NCBI GenBank assembly: GCA_035468285.1
Contig: DATISY010000009.1
Coordinates: 1,134 to 65,133 of the forward strand
Direction of reading: 5' to 3'
Length of the DNA: 64,000 nt
DNA from: Acidimicrobiia bacterium
Lineage (GTDB): Bacteria; Actinomycetota; Acidimicrobiia; IMCC26256; PALSA-555
Position numbers and translations under genes: made by a program. Within the stretch, counting starts at the first letter, position 1; the number at the start of each line of letters is the position of its first letter. This document shows positions 34,404 to 43,602 of this stretch, one piece after another. Below the pieces are notes generated by a model. The model had not been told where the DNA came from. It worked only from the letters and a program-made list of their open reading frames with translations, and made no database searches.

Positions 34404-35543
34404 ATGGGAACGACAGAAACTCGAGAGTTCGTGGTCGACGCCGACGGCCACGTGTGCGAGCCGGCCGACCTCTGGACCCGGGGCCTGCCGGAACGGTTCC
34501 GCGACCAGGGAATCCGGCTGCGCTGGAACGAGGCGACGGGCTATGACGAGTGCCTCGTCGAGGACCGGGTGGCCACCGACCGGGGCCTGGTCGGACTGGG
34601 CAACGCGGGCGAGAGCTTCGACGACTTCGGGCGGGGTCGCCACTACGAGGACCTGAACCCCGCCGGATTCGACGCCGCGGAGCGGGTGAAGGTCCTCGAC
34701 TCCGAGCGGATCGACCTGTCGGTGATCTACCCCGGGCTGGGCCTGAAGCTCGGGGGTATCACCGACCCCGACCTCGCGGTCTGGTCGTGTCGGGTCTACA
34801 ACGACTGGATCGCCGAGTGGACCGCGTCCGCACCCGAGCGGCTCCGGGGTGTCGGCGCGCTCCCGATGCAGGATCCAGCCGCGGCGGCGGTGGAGGCCCG
34901 CCGCATCCAGGAGCTCGGCCTCGTCGGCGGCTTCGCCCGCCCGAACGCGTACCTCGGCCATCCCTTCCACGACCCGACGTACTCCCCGGTCTGGGAGGCC
35001 CTGGAGGAGACCGGGCTGCCGTTGGCGTTGCACCCGGCGGGCCTGCCCGACATGCCGGGTGCCGCGAAGGCGTTGCTGCTGCAAATGGCACCGGGCACCC
35101 ATCACGCGCTGATCCTGCTCTTCGACCAGCAGATGACCCTGTCCAACCTGACCTACGGCGGGGTGCTCGAGCGCCACCCCGGCCTCAAGGTGATCGTGCT
35201 CGAGTGCGGCGGGGGCTGGATCGCGCACTGGATGGATCGTCTTAACGAGTTCGAGGAGAGCTACGGGTGGGCGACCGCGTCGATGTCGTTGACCCCCGAG
35301 GAGTACTTCCGCCGCCAATGCTGGATCAGCTTCGACCCCGGTGAGCGCACCGCCGGTCTGATCGGTCCCATCGTGGGGCCGGACCGGTTCGTGTGGGCGT
35401 CGGACTTCCCCCACAGCGATGCGCAGTACCCGGGCGTGGTGGACGAGCTGCGGGAGCGCAGCGGCGCGTTGCCCCCCGGGGACCGGGCCGGGCTGTTCGG
35501 CCGCAACGCCCTCGACATGTACGGCATCCCCGCACCGCGCTGA
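34404..35543 (+). CDS. Amidohydrolase-2 (PF04909-like) family protein
   Basis: 'FVVDADGHVCEP' metal motif, 'SVIYPGLGL', 'WASDFPHSD' C-terminal Asp motif. Confidence 0.85.
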   Translation: MGTTETREFVVDADGHVCEPADLWTRGLPERFRDQGIRLRWNEATGYDECLVEDRVATDRGLVGLGNAGESFDDFGRGRHYEDLNPAGFDAAERVKVLDSERIDLSVIYPGLGLKLGGITDPDLAVWSCRVYNDWIAEWTASAPERLRGVGALPMQDPAAAAVEARRIQELGLVGGFARPNAYLGHPFHDPTYSPVWEALEETGLPLALHPAGLPDMPGAAKALLLQMAPGTHHALILLFDQQMTLSNLTYGGVLERHPGLKVIVLECGGGWIAHWMDRLNEFEESYGWATASMSLTPEEYFRRQCWISFDPGERTAGLIGPIVGPDRFVWASDFPHSDAQYPGVVDELRERSGALPPGDRAGLFGRNALDMYGIPAPR

Positions 35544-37252
35544 TGCCCGTGGCCCCCGCCCTCGACCTGCTGATCCGTGACGGCCTGGTCGTGGATGGCA
35601 CCGGCGCGACGGCCCGCCGGGCGGACGTCGCGGTCCGCGACGGCCGGGTCGTGAGCGTCGAGGACGGCATCCACACCAGCGCGTCCCGGGTCGTCGAGGC
35701 GGACGGTCGGATCGTGACGCCCGGGTTCGTCGACGTCCACACCCACTACGACGCGCAGCTGCACTGGGATCCCACCGCGTCGCCCGCGTCGTGGCACGGC
35801 GTCACCACACTCCTGACCGGCAACTGCGGTTTCACGATCGCTCCCTCGAAGCCCGCTGACCTCCAGTGGCTGCTGTTGATGCTGAGCCGGGTCGAGGGGA
35901 TGTCCGCCGACGCCCTCGCCGCCGGAGTCGACTTCCCCGGCGGGACCCTGGGCGACTTCCTCGGCAACCTGGACGGGCGGGTCGGGGTCAACGTCGGCGC
36001 GAACGTCGGGCACTGTGCGCTGCGCCGCCACGTCCTCGGGGACGACGCCTCCGAACGGGAGGCCACCGACGATGAGGTCGCGGTCATGCAGGACCTGTTG
36101 CGACAGGCCCTCACCGACGGTGCCGTCGGATTCACGTCCTCCCAGCTGGCCATCCACGTCGCGCACGACGGTCGGGGCGTCCCGTCGAACTACGCGGCGC
36201 CCGACGAGCTCATCGCGTTGGCGTCGGTCCTCGGGGAGTTCGGCCGCGGATCGATCGAGTTCATCCCCCGCACGTTCCTCGAGGGCTACGACAACGCCGA
36301 CCGCGACCTCATTCGGCGGATGGCTGAGGTGTCTGGACGGCCAGTGCACCTCAACACCCTCACGATGATGCCCCACGCCCCCGAGGGATGGCACCGCAGC
36401 CTCGAGTTCTCCGAAGCCGCAGCCCGCGACGGCCTCGCCATCCATCCCATGTTCGCCAGCAACCGCCAAGGCGCGCACTTCCAGCTCGGAACCACATTCC
36501 TGTTCGACGAGATGCCGAGCTTTCGCGACACGCTCACCTTGCCCGCGGCCAATCGGGACACGCGGCTGCGCGACCCGGCGTTGCGCGACCAGATGCGCCG
36601 CGAGATCGCCGACCCCACCGGGCGGGCCTTCGTCTTCGTCTGGCAGGTCCTCCGGGTCGAGACGGTGGTCCACGACCGCAACCGGCGCTGGCTGGATCGC
36701 AGCGTCACCGAGATCGCCGCCGAGCTCGGCGTCGACCCGCTGGACGCGTTCCTCGACCTGTCGCTCGACGAGAACCTCGAGACCCAGTTCGTCTTGGCGG
36801 CACCGCCGGACCAGAAGCGCCTCGCCGCGACCGAGACCATGATCCGGGCGCCGTTCGTGATGGCCGGCAGCAGTGACGGCGGCGCCCACCTCCTCTCGTT
36901 CTGCGGCGCCGACTACACGACCCGGCTCCTCACCGAGTGGGTGCCCGACGTGCTCACCCTCGAGGCCGCGGTGGCGCGGCTCACCTCGATCCCAGCCCGG
37001 GCGGTGGGCCTGACCGACCGTGGGGTGCTCGCCCCGGGCCGACCGGCCGACGTGCTGGTCATCGACCCGGAGCGGCTCTCGACGCCCGACGCGCCCCGCT
37101 ACGTGGAGGACTTCCCCGCCGGCAGCGGCCGCTTCGTCACCGACGCCGACGGATACGACGCGGTCATCGTCAACGGCGAGATCCTCCTCGACGGTGGCAC
37201 CTGGACCGGCGCGACACCCGGGACGATCGTGCGCGGGGGCGCCGTTCCCTGA
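35543..37252 (+). CDS. N-acyl-D-amino-acid deacylase (D-aminoacylase) family amidohydrolase
   Basis: ATG 35543 overlaps the upstream TGA. 'DLLIRDGLVVDGTG...DVAVRDGRVVSV...IVTPGFVDVHTHYD' and 'GSSDGGAHL'. Confidence 0.85.
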   Translation: MPVAPALDLLIRDGLVVDGTGATARRADVAVRDGRVVSVEDGIHTSASRVVEADGRIVTPGFVDVHTHYDAQLHWDPTASPASWHGVTTLLTGNCGFTIAPSKPADLQWLLLMLSRVEGMSADALAAGVDFPGGTLGDFLGNLDGRVGVNVGANVGHCALRRHVLGDDASEREATDDEVAVMQDLLRQALTDGAVGFTSSQLAIHVAHDGRGVPSNYAAPDELIALASVLGEFGRGSIEFIPRTFLEGYDNADRDLIRRMAEVSGRPVHLNTLTMMPHAPEGWHRSLEFSEAAARDGLAIHPMFASNRQGAHFQLGTTFLFDEMPSFRDTLTLPAANRDTRLRDPALRDQMRREIADPTGRAFVFVWQVLRVETVVHDRNRRWLDRSVTEIAAELGVDPLDAFLDLSLDENLETQFVLAAPPDQKRLAATETMIRAPFVMAGSSDGGAHLLSFCGADYTTRLLTEWVPDVLTLEAAVARLTSIPARAVGLTDRGVLAPGRPADVLVIDPERLSTPDAPRYVEDFPAGSGRFVTDADGYDAVIVNGEILLDGGTWTGATPGTIVRGGAVP

Positions 37253-37335
37253 TCGTCCGGTCGGCGCCACCCGAGGGGTACCGCGACCACCTGGCAGTAA
37301 CCTGAGCAGGCCGTCAGATCCGTGGAGGAACGCCC

Positions 37336-38616
37336 ATGCAGCTCGACGACATGATCATCGTCAGTGTCGACGACCACGTCGTCGAGCCCCCCGATCTGTT
37401 CGAACGGCACCTGCCGGCCAAGTACCGCGACCTCGCTCCCCGGGTCGTCCACCAAGACGACGGCACCGACGTGTGGGAATTCCACGGGCTGCACATCCCC
37501 AACATCGGGCTCAACGCGGTCGCGGGTCGGCCACCCGAGGAGTACGGGATCGACCCGACGTCCTTCGACGAGCTGCGGGAGGGCTGCTTCGACGTCGAGA
37601 AGCGGGTGCTCGACATGAGCGCCAACGGTGTGCTCGGGTCGCTCAACTTCCCGTCGCTGCCCGGGTTCGCCGGCCGGCTGTTCGGTGCCCTCGAGGACAA
37701 GGACGCGGCTCGGATCCTCACCGAGGCCTACAACGACTGGCACATCGACGAATGGTGCGGGTACGCCCCGGAGCGGTTCATCCCGCTGGCGGTCCCGGCG
37801 ATCTGGGACCCTGCGGTGACCGCGGCCGAGATCCGGCGGGTGGCCAAGAAGGGCTGCCACGCGATCACGTTCCCGGAGAACCCGGTGCCGCTCGGGCTGC
37901 CGAGCCTCCACTCCGACCACTGGGACCCGGTCTGGGAGGCCGTGTCCGACACCGGGATGACGGTGTGCATGCACATCGGGTCGTCGTCCAAATTGGTGAT
38001 CACCGCGCCGGACGCGCCCATGGACGTCATGATGGTCCTGCAGCCGATGAACATCGTGCAGTGCGCCGCCGACCTGGTCTACTCACCGATCTGGAAGAAG
38101 TTCCCGGACATGACCGTGGCGCTGTCCGAGGGTGGGATCGGGTGGATCCCCTACTTCCTCGAGCGGCTCGACCACACCTACCGGACCCACCGGGCCTGGA
38201 CCGGGGTGGACTTCGGGGACCAGACCGCCAGCGAGTTCTTCCTCGATCACGTCATGCTCTGCTTCATCACCGACCCCATCGGTTTGAAGCTGGTGCGGGA
38301 CCACATCGGTGTCGAGCGCGTCACGGTCGAGATCGACTATCCCCACTCCGACACCACGTGGCCGAACGCACCGGAACGGCTGCTCGGCGAGTTCGATGAC
38401 ACCGACCTGACCGACGCCGAGATCAACGCCATCACCCACGAGAACGCCATGCGGTACTTCCAATACGACCCGTTCTCGGCCCGGCCCCGGGAGCGCAGCA
38501 CCGTCGGCGCGTTGCGGAGCGAGGCGATCGGTGTCGACACTCAGCCGGTCGCCCGGGGACGACGGTTCCCGGAGCAGAAGGGCATCACGATCAACAAGAT
38601 GGTCCCGACGGCGTGA
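37336..38616 (+). CDS. Amidohydrolase-2 (PF04909-like) family protein
   Basis: GGAGGA RBS. 'IIVSVDDHVVEPPDLF' metal motif, 'EIDYPHSDTTWP' C-terminal motif. Confidence 0.85.
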   Translation: MQLDDMIIVSVDDHVVEPPDLFERHLPAKYRDLAPRVVHQDDGTDVWEFHGLHIPNIGLNAVAGRPPEEYGIDPTSFDELREGCFDVEKRVLDMSANGVLGSLNFPSLPGFAGRLFGALEDKDAARILTEAYNDWHIDEWCGYAPERFIPLAVPAIWDPAVTAAEIRRVAKKGCHAITFPENPVPLGLPSLHSDHWDPVWEAVSDTGMTVCMHIGSSSKLVITAPDAPMDVMMVLQPMNIVQCAADLVYSPIWKKFPDMTVALSEGGIGWIPYFLERLDHTYRTHRAWTGVDFGDQTASEFFLDHVMLCFITDPIGLKLVRDHIGVERVTVEIDYPHSDTTWPNAPERLLGEFDDTDLTDAEINAITHENAMRYFQYDPFSARPRERSTVGALRSEAIGVDTQPVARGRRFPEQKGITINKMVPTA

Positions 38617-38864
38617 GCGACCCGCCGCGCCCCGACAGCGCGGACACCCCGACCCCAGCGCCGCTCCGCACGGAGCCTCGCTCGTTCGCGGTGCACTGGC
38701 TCGTCGACGCCGCGGTCGTGTTCCTCGCCACGATCATCGTCGCGCTGTTCCTCGGCATCCCGTGGTGGGCCGTCGGGATCATCGCGGTCGTGGTGGGGAG
38801 CGCCGGCGCGCGGCTCACCTACCGGGCCGATGTCCGCGCCATGACCGCCCGGCGCGCCGGCTGA
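38613..38864 (+). CDS. Small two-TM membrane protein (hypothetical)
   Basis: GTGA overlap with the upstream stop. Two hydrophobic helices 'AAVVFLATIIVALFLGI' and 'WWAVGIIAVVVGSAGA'. No family recognised. Confidence 0.45.
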   Translation: MSDPPRPDSADTPTPAPLRTEPRSFAVHWLVDAAVVFLATIIVALFLGIPWWAVGIIAVVVGSAGARLTYRADVRAMTARRAG

Positions 38865-38877
38865 GGCCAGCCCACCG

Positions 38878-39591
38878 ATGCCCGCCACCGTCGTCCTCGT
38901 CCACGGCGCGTGTCACGGCGCGTGGTGCTGGGACAAAGTCGTGGCGGGGCTGACCGAACGGGGCATCCCGTGCGTCGCGGTGGACCTCCCGGGCCACGGG
39001 GACAGCCGGGAGCCGCTCGGGGATCTCGCCGCGGGAGCCGCGGCGCTGCGCGCCACCCTGGACGGGATCGACCGGTCGGTCGTGTGCGGACACTCCTATG
39101 GCGGCGCGGTCATCACCGAAGGCGCCGCCGAGCACCCCGGGGTCCGCCACCTCGTCTACATCACCGCGTTCGCGCTCCTCCCGGGGGAGTCGACGATGGC
39201 TGCCGCCACCGACGGGTCAGACTCGGACACCGCCACCGAGCTCGGGCAGGCGATGGCCTTCGCGGACGATGGGACCGTGACCTTCCAGGCGCCGGCCGTC
39301 GTCGACGCGCTCTACCACGACTGCACCCCGGCCGATGTCGAGTTCGCCCTGTCCCGGCTCGGCCCAGAGCGCCTCGACGCGCTCGGTGGTGTCGCCACGC
39401 GCGCCGCCTGGCAGTCGATCCCGAGCACGTACGTCGTCTGCACCGAAGACCGCGGCGTGGCACCGTCGCTGCAGCGCCGACTCGCGGCCCGCACGACGAC
39501 GACCGTCGACTGGCCCACCAGTCATTCGCCGTTCCTGTCCCGCCCCGATCTCGTGGTGGACCTGCTCGCCGGCCTCGCGGAAGGGACGTAG
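38878..39591 (+). CDS. Alpha/beta hydrolase (methylesterase-like)
   Basis: 'VVLVHGACHGAWCWDKV' and nucleophile elbow 'VCGHSYGG'. C-terminal 'SHSPFLSRPD' His motif. Confidence 0.8.
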   Translation: MPATVVLVHGACHGAWCWDKVVAGLTERGIPCVAVDLPGHGDSREPLGDLAAGAAALRATLDGIDRSVVCGHSYGGAVITEGAAEHPGVRHLVYITAFALLPGESTMAAATDGSDSDTATELGQAMAFADDGTVTFQAPAVVDALYHDCTPADVEFALSRLGPERLDALGGVATRAAWQSIPSTYVVCTEDRGVAPSLQRRLAARTTTTVDWPTSHSPFLSRPDLVVDLLAGLAEGT

Positions 39592-39600
39592 GATCGCCCG

Positions 39601-39993
39601 ATGAGCACGCTCGACGACTACGTCATCAAGGCCCAGGCCGCGTTGGACGGGCTGCGCCCCCAGCTCGATGAGCTCCGGGTCCAGGCCGACCTGGCGCAGG
39701 CTGAGGCCCGCGACCGGCTCGAAGCCGGGATCGCCGCGCTGCAGAAGGCGCAAGCCGCGGCGAAGGCGCAGCTCGAGCAGGCGTCCCGTGCCGGGAAGGA
39801 CACCTGGAAGACGACGGCGCAGCAAGCGGAGCAGGCCGTCGACGACCTCGGCACCCAGCTGCAGCAGATCGCGGAGCAGGTCCAGAAGTCGGTCGGCGCG
39901 GCGGCGCCCGCGGCGCAGAAGGGGTGGCGGACCTTCCTCGACGAGTGGAACCGCCAACGCCAGGAGCGTCAGCGCCTCATCGACGAGGGTTGA
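39601..39993 (+). CDS. Coiled-coil / apolipoprotein-like helical hypothetical protein
   Basis: 130 aa rich in A/Q/E/L heptad-like repeats ('LDELRVQADLAQAEARDRLEAGIAALQKAQAAAKAQLEQA'). Good third-position GC. No family recognised. Confidence 0.55.
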   Translation: MSTLDDYVIKAQAALDGLRPQLDELRVQADLAQAEARDRLEAGIAALQKAQAAAKAQLEQASRAGKDTWKTTAQQAEQAVDDLGTQLQQIAEQVQKSVGAAAPAAQKGWRTFLDEWNRQRQERQRLIDEG

Positions 39994-40748
39994 CGTCCTC
40001 GTACGAGCGACGCAACCGGGCGTTCTGGGACGCCGACGCGGACGACTACCAAGCGGCCCACGCCGCTGATCTCGCCCCGCACCGGGCCCCGGCGTGGGGA
40101 GTGTGGCGCGTCCCCGAGTCGGAGGTGCGCGCGCTCGGCCCGGTCGCTGACCATGATGTCCTCGAGTACGGGTGCGGCGCCGCGCAGTGGTCGATCGCGT
40201 TGGCCCACGACGGCGCGCGCCCCGTCGGGCTCGACCAGTCCGTCGCGCAGCTGCGCCATGCGCGCCGGCTCCAAGACGAGCACGGAACGCCGTTTCCGCT
40301 CGTCGCGGCGAGCGCGGTCGCGACACCGTTCACCAGCGAGGCGTTCGACCTGGTGTTCTGCGACCACGGCGCGATGTCGTTCTGTGACCCGCAGGCCACG
40401 ATCCCGGAGGTGGCGCGCCTCGTGCGCCCCGGGGGCCGATTCGTGTTCAGCAAGACGACGGCGCTCGTATACCTGACGTTCGACTGGGCGCGGGACCGTC
40501 AGGACGACCGGCTTCACCACGACTACTTCGGGATGCGCCTGTTCGACAGCGGTGAGGGCACCGTCGACTTCCAGCTCCCGTACGGCGATATGGTCCGGAT
40601 CCTCCGCCGGCACGGGTTCACGCTCGAGGATCTCGTGGAACTGCAGGCACCGGTCGATGCCGCGACGACCTACCACGAGTTCGTGCCCGCGGACTGGGCG
40701 CGTCGGTGGGCTGCGGAGGAGATCTGGGTGCTGACCCGCGCCGGGTGA
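39990..40748 (+). CDS. Class I SAM-dependent methyltransferase
   Basis: Motif I 'VLEYGCGAAQWS', 'GLDQS', post-I/II 'FDLVFCDHGA', 'LVRPGGRFVF'. TTG 39990 overlapping the upstream TGA is tentative (alternative ATG 39924). Confidence 0.8.
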   Translation: MTSSYERRNRAFWDADADDYQAAHAADLAPHRAPAWGVWRVPESEVRALGPVADHDVLEYGCGAAQWSIALAHDGARPVGLDQSVAQLRHARRLQDEHGTPFPLVAASAVATPFTSEAFDLVFCDHGAMSFCDPQATIPEVARLVRPGGRFVFSKTTALVYLTFDWARDRQDDRLHHDYFGMRLFDSGEGTVDFQLPYGDMVRILRRHGFTLEDLVELQAPVDAATTYHEFVPADWARRWAAEEIWVLTRAG

Positions 40749-40751
40749 CGG

Positions 40752-41558
40752 CTACGGGTAGCGGAGCGGGACGGCGGCCTCGGGGCTGTGCGCGTGGAAG
40801 GTGAGGCTCTCCTCGAAGTACAGCCACACCGCGTCGGCATCGGAACGTTCGTACCCGATCGAGAGGTCTTGACCGCACGACAGCTCGAAGTCCTCGCCCC
40901 GCAAGCTGAGGACGATGGCCCCGTCGACGGCGGGCGCGTAGGTGACGGGGCCACCCAGGATCAGGCGGAGCCGTTCGAGCACGGGGTAGCCGCCGTCCTC
41001 GGTGGTCTCGAGGATGCCGGCGTAGCAGCGCGGCCCGAGCGCGATCCCGTAGGGGCCTTCGACGCCGCCGTCGCGCAGCCGGGCGACGGCCATGGCGGTC
41101 CAGCGCGGGTAGTCGCCGAAGCGGTCGCCCAGCTCCACCGGCTCATGGGGTGAGGCGTCGGCGATCCCGATGATCCCCGCGCTCGGGTATCCGCGGAACA
41201 CCGCGCTGTCCTCGGCGAGGGCGGCGCGCCTTGCGGCGTCGGTCACGGGCTGGAGGTCGGGTGACTTGTGGCCCCGGTCGATGGTGTCGAGCTCGGCGCG
41301 CTGGAGCGAGAAGCGGGCCCGGAGCTCCACGTAGGGCTGGACGAGGCGGCGGGCGCCTTCGACGCCGGCCACCGGTGCGTCGCTGAGCGTCTCGATGGTC
41401 CCGAGGGGCACCGCAGCGGCGTCCCAGCCGTGGGGACCGGTGAAGTCGACCAGCCGCCGGGCGGCGAGGAAGCTGGCGAGGGAGCGTTTGGCTTCGTCCT
41501 CGATCTCGGCCCACGCCGCGTCCGAGATCGGCGCCAGCTCCCGGTAGAGGTGGTTCAT
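40752..41558 (-). CDS. Family 1 encapsulin shell protein (linocin M18 / HK97-fold nanocompartment)
   Basis: 268 aa. N-terminus 'MNHLYRELAPISDAAWAEIEDEAKRSL' is the hallmark encapsulin start. Length and 'YPVLERL...GGPVTYAPAVDGAIVLSLRGEDFEL' fit. ATGA overlap with the cargo gene. Confidence 0.9.
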   Translation of the reverse strand: MNHLYRELAPISDAAWAEIEDEAKRSLASFLAARRLVDFTGPHGWDAAAVPLGTIETLSDAPVAGVEGARRLVQPYVELRARFSLQRAELDTIDRGHKSPDLQPVTDAARRAALAEDSAVFRGYPSAGIIGIADASPHEPVELGDRFGDYPRWTAMAVARLRDGGVEGPYGIALGPRCYAGILETTEDGGYPVLERLRLILGGPVTYAPAVDGAIVLSLRGEDFELSCGQDLSIGYERSDADAVWLYFEESLTFHAHSPEAAVPLRYP

Positions 41559-41917
41559 GAGTCTTCCCGGGTGGAGCCCACGTCGAGCGAGCCGGAGCCG
41601 GTTCCGCCGGCGCTGTCGCCCGCTTCGTGCTCCTCTTCGACGATCGACGTCTCCGTGAAGAGGTAGGTGCGGAGATGCCGGTCGAGGACGGGGTCGTGAC
41701 GGCGGAGCCATTCGAGGCCCATCGCCGCGTGCTCCTTCTCCTCGTCGCGGTTGTGAGCGAGGATCTCGGCGAGGGTCGGGTCGTCGGTGGCCTGCACCCG
41801 TTGGTCGTACCAGTCGACGGCTTGGAGCTCCTCGATGACCGACTGGATGGCCCGGTGTCGATCGATCGTCGCCGCGTCGAGCAGTGCGGCATCCTCGTGT
41901 AGGCCTTCGCTCGCCAT
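41555..41917 (-). CDS. Encapsulated ferritin (EncFtn) cargo protein with C-terminal targeting peptide
   Basis: 'DRHRAIQSVIEELQAVDWYDQRV...ILAHNRDEEKEHAAMGLEWLRRHD...LRTYLFTE' is near-identical in pattern to characterised EncFtn. Gly/Ser linker then 'GSLDVGSTREDS' targeting-peptide-like tail. GAGGAGG RBS. Confidence 0.9.
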   Translation of the reverse strand: MASEGLHEDAALLDAATIDRHRAIQSVIEELQAVDWYDQRVQATDDPTLAEILAHNRDEEKEHAAMGLEWLRRHDPVLDRHLRTYLFTETSIVEEEHEAGDSAGGTGSGSLDVGSTREDS

Positions 41918-41948
41918 CGTCGCCTCCTCGGTTCTCCCGGCAGGCTAG

Positions 41949-43565
41949 TCAGCGCCGCTCGAAGGTGAGCCCGGCCGCCTCCCGGTCCCAGGTCGCGGCG
42001 GTGACCCCGTCTGCTCGCAGCTGGTACTTGAGGACCCGGCCGACGGGGTTGCGGGGCAGGTCGGAGCGGAACTCGACGTAGCGGGGCACCGCGAAGTACG
42101 GGACGTGGTCGACCGCCCATCGACACAGCGCTTCCTCGGTGATCGACCCCTCCTCGACGAGGACCACGGTCACCTTCACGTCGTCTTCCCCGACGTCGCT
42201 CGGCACCGAGTGCACGGCGACGTCCTGGATCGCCTCGTGATCATGGAAGATTCGCTCCAGCTCGAAGCTGGAGATGTTCTCGCCCCGCCGACGCAGGTAA
42301 TCCTTCTTCCTGTCGACGAAGTAGAGGAAGTCGTCGTCGTCGAGCCGGCCGAGGTCGCCGGTGTGGAACCAGAGGTTGCGAAACACCGCGAGGGTCTCCT
42401 CGGCGCGACCCCAGTAGCCCGCGAACATGACGTTCGGGAACCGGGGGCGACACACGATCTCACCGGTGGTGCCGGTCGGGACCTGACGGTCGTCGTCGTC
42501 GACGAGGGCGACCTCGAACTCGTGGCGGTTCGGCTTCCCCGCGGCGCCGGCCCGGTTCGTCTCCCCCGCGGGCAGCATCGAGATCAGCGACGCCTCGGTC
42601 AGCCCGTAGCCGCCGCTGAACGTGGCGCACCCGAACCGTTCCCGCCAGATGCGGTCGGTGTCGGGCGGGATGGGCGCGGCGGCGCAGAGCCGGAGGTGGT
42701 GCCCGGCCTGGTCGGGGTGGTCGGACGCGTCGGCGAGGAGGATGGCCAGCGACCCGAGCAGCGACACCATCGTGGCCTTGGTGCGCTTGACCTCGGGCCA
42801 GAACTGCGAGACCGAGAACCGGCGGGCGATGCTCGCCGTGCCGCCGTTCACGAGGGTCCCGACGACACAGATCGAGATCGCGTTGAAGTGGAACAGCGGC
42901 AGCGGGGTGAGGACGATGTCGTCGGGTCGGCGTTGCCAGGCCCGGGCGATCTGGTCGGCGAGACACACGATGTAGTTGTGCGCCAGCATGCAGCCCTTCG
43001 ACGGGCCCGTGGTCCCCGCGGTGTAGATGAAGCAGGCCAGGTCCGCCGGTCCCACCTCCGCGGGTGGCGGAGGCGCGTCGGGGGCCTCCTCCAGCAGCGT
43101 CGCCCACGGGTGGAGGGGCACGTCCCGGATCGGGGTGTCAGGCTCGCCGGTCACGACGACGGCGCGTAGCTCGGGCAGCGTGGGGTTCGTGACGCCCGCG
43201 ACGCGAGACGCGAAGTCCCCCTGGACGACCACCACCCGGGCCCCGGAGTCGCTGAGCTGATGGCGGAGGAACTCACCCTTGTACGCGGTGTTGACCGGGA
43301 CCTGGATCGCACCGAGCTTCAGCGCGGCGAAGAAGGACACCACTTGCTCCGGCCCGTTCTCGAGGAGTGTCGCCACCCGGTCGCCCCGCTCGACCCCAAG
43401 TCGCGCCAGGCCGTGCGCGAGGCGGTTGCTCACTGCATCGATGTCACGGGCAGACAGCACGGTCCCGGCGAAGTCGAGGTAGGGCCCGTCCGGGTCGCGT
43501 GCGAGGCGGTACGCGAGCGCGTCGAGAACAGTCGTGCCGGCAGCGAGGTCCACGGAGGCTGACAC
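41949..43565 (-). CDS. AMP-dependent acyl-CoA synthetase
   Basis: GTG 43565 (VSASVDLAAG). 'IYTAGTTGPSKG', 'GYGLTE', 'FHTGDLG'. A10 region reads 'LPRNPVGRVLKYQL' (Arg in place of the usual Lys). Confidence 0.85.
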   Translation of the reverse strand: MSASVDLAAGTTVLDALAYRLARDPDGPYLDFAGTVLSARDIDAVSNRLAHGLARLGVERGDRVATLLENGPEQVVSFFAALKLGAIQVPVNTAYKGEFLRHQLSDSGARVVVVQGDFASRVAGVTNPTLPELRAVVVTGEPDTPIRDVPLHPWATLLEEAPDAPPPPAEVGPADLACFIYTAGTTGPSKGCMLAHNYIVCLADQIARAWQRRPDDIVLTPLPLFHFNAISICVVGTLVNGGTASIARRFSVSQFWPEVKRTKATMVSLLGSLAILLADASDHPDQAGHHLRLCAAAPIPPDTDRIWRERFGCATFSGGYGLTEASLISMLPAGETNRAGAAGKPNRHEFEVALVDDDDRQVPTGTTGEIVCRPRFPNVMFAGYWGRAEETLAVFRNLWFHTGDLGRLDDDDFLYFVDRKKDYLRRRGENISSFELERIFHDHEAIQDVAVHSVPSDVGEDDVKVTVVLVEEGSITEEALCRWAVDHVPYFAVPRYVEFRSDLPRNPVGRVLKYQLRADGVTAATWDREAAGLTFERR

Positions 43566-43602
43566 TACTGTCAGGTTTCGTGCGCGCTGCTCCGCGGTCG
43601 GC

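Noticed and set aside
41143-42126. 327-aa alternative-frame ORF spanning the encapsulin/EncFtn operon, considered as a possible overlapping cargo or hidden gene.
   Set aside because: The sequence is low-complexity Arg/Pro-rich with no motifs. The two frames with the EncFtn and encapsulin signatures fully explain the region.
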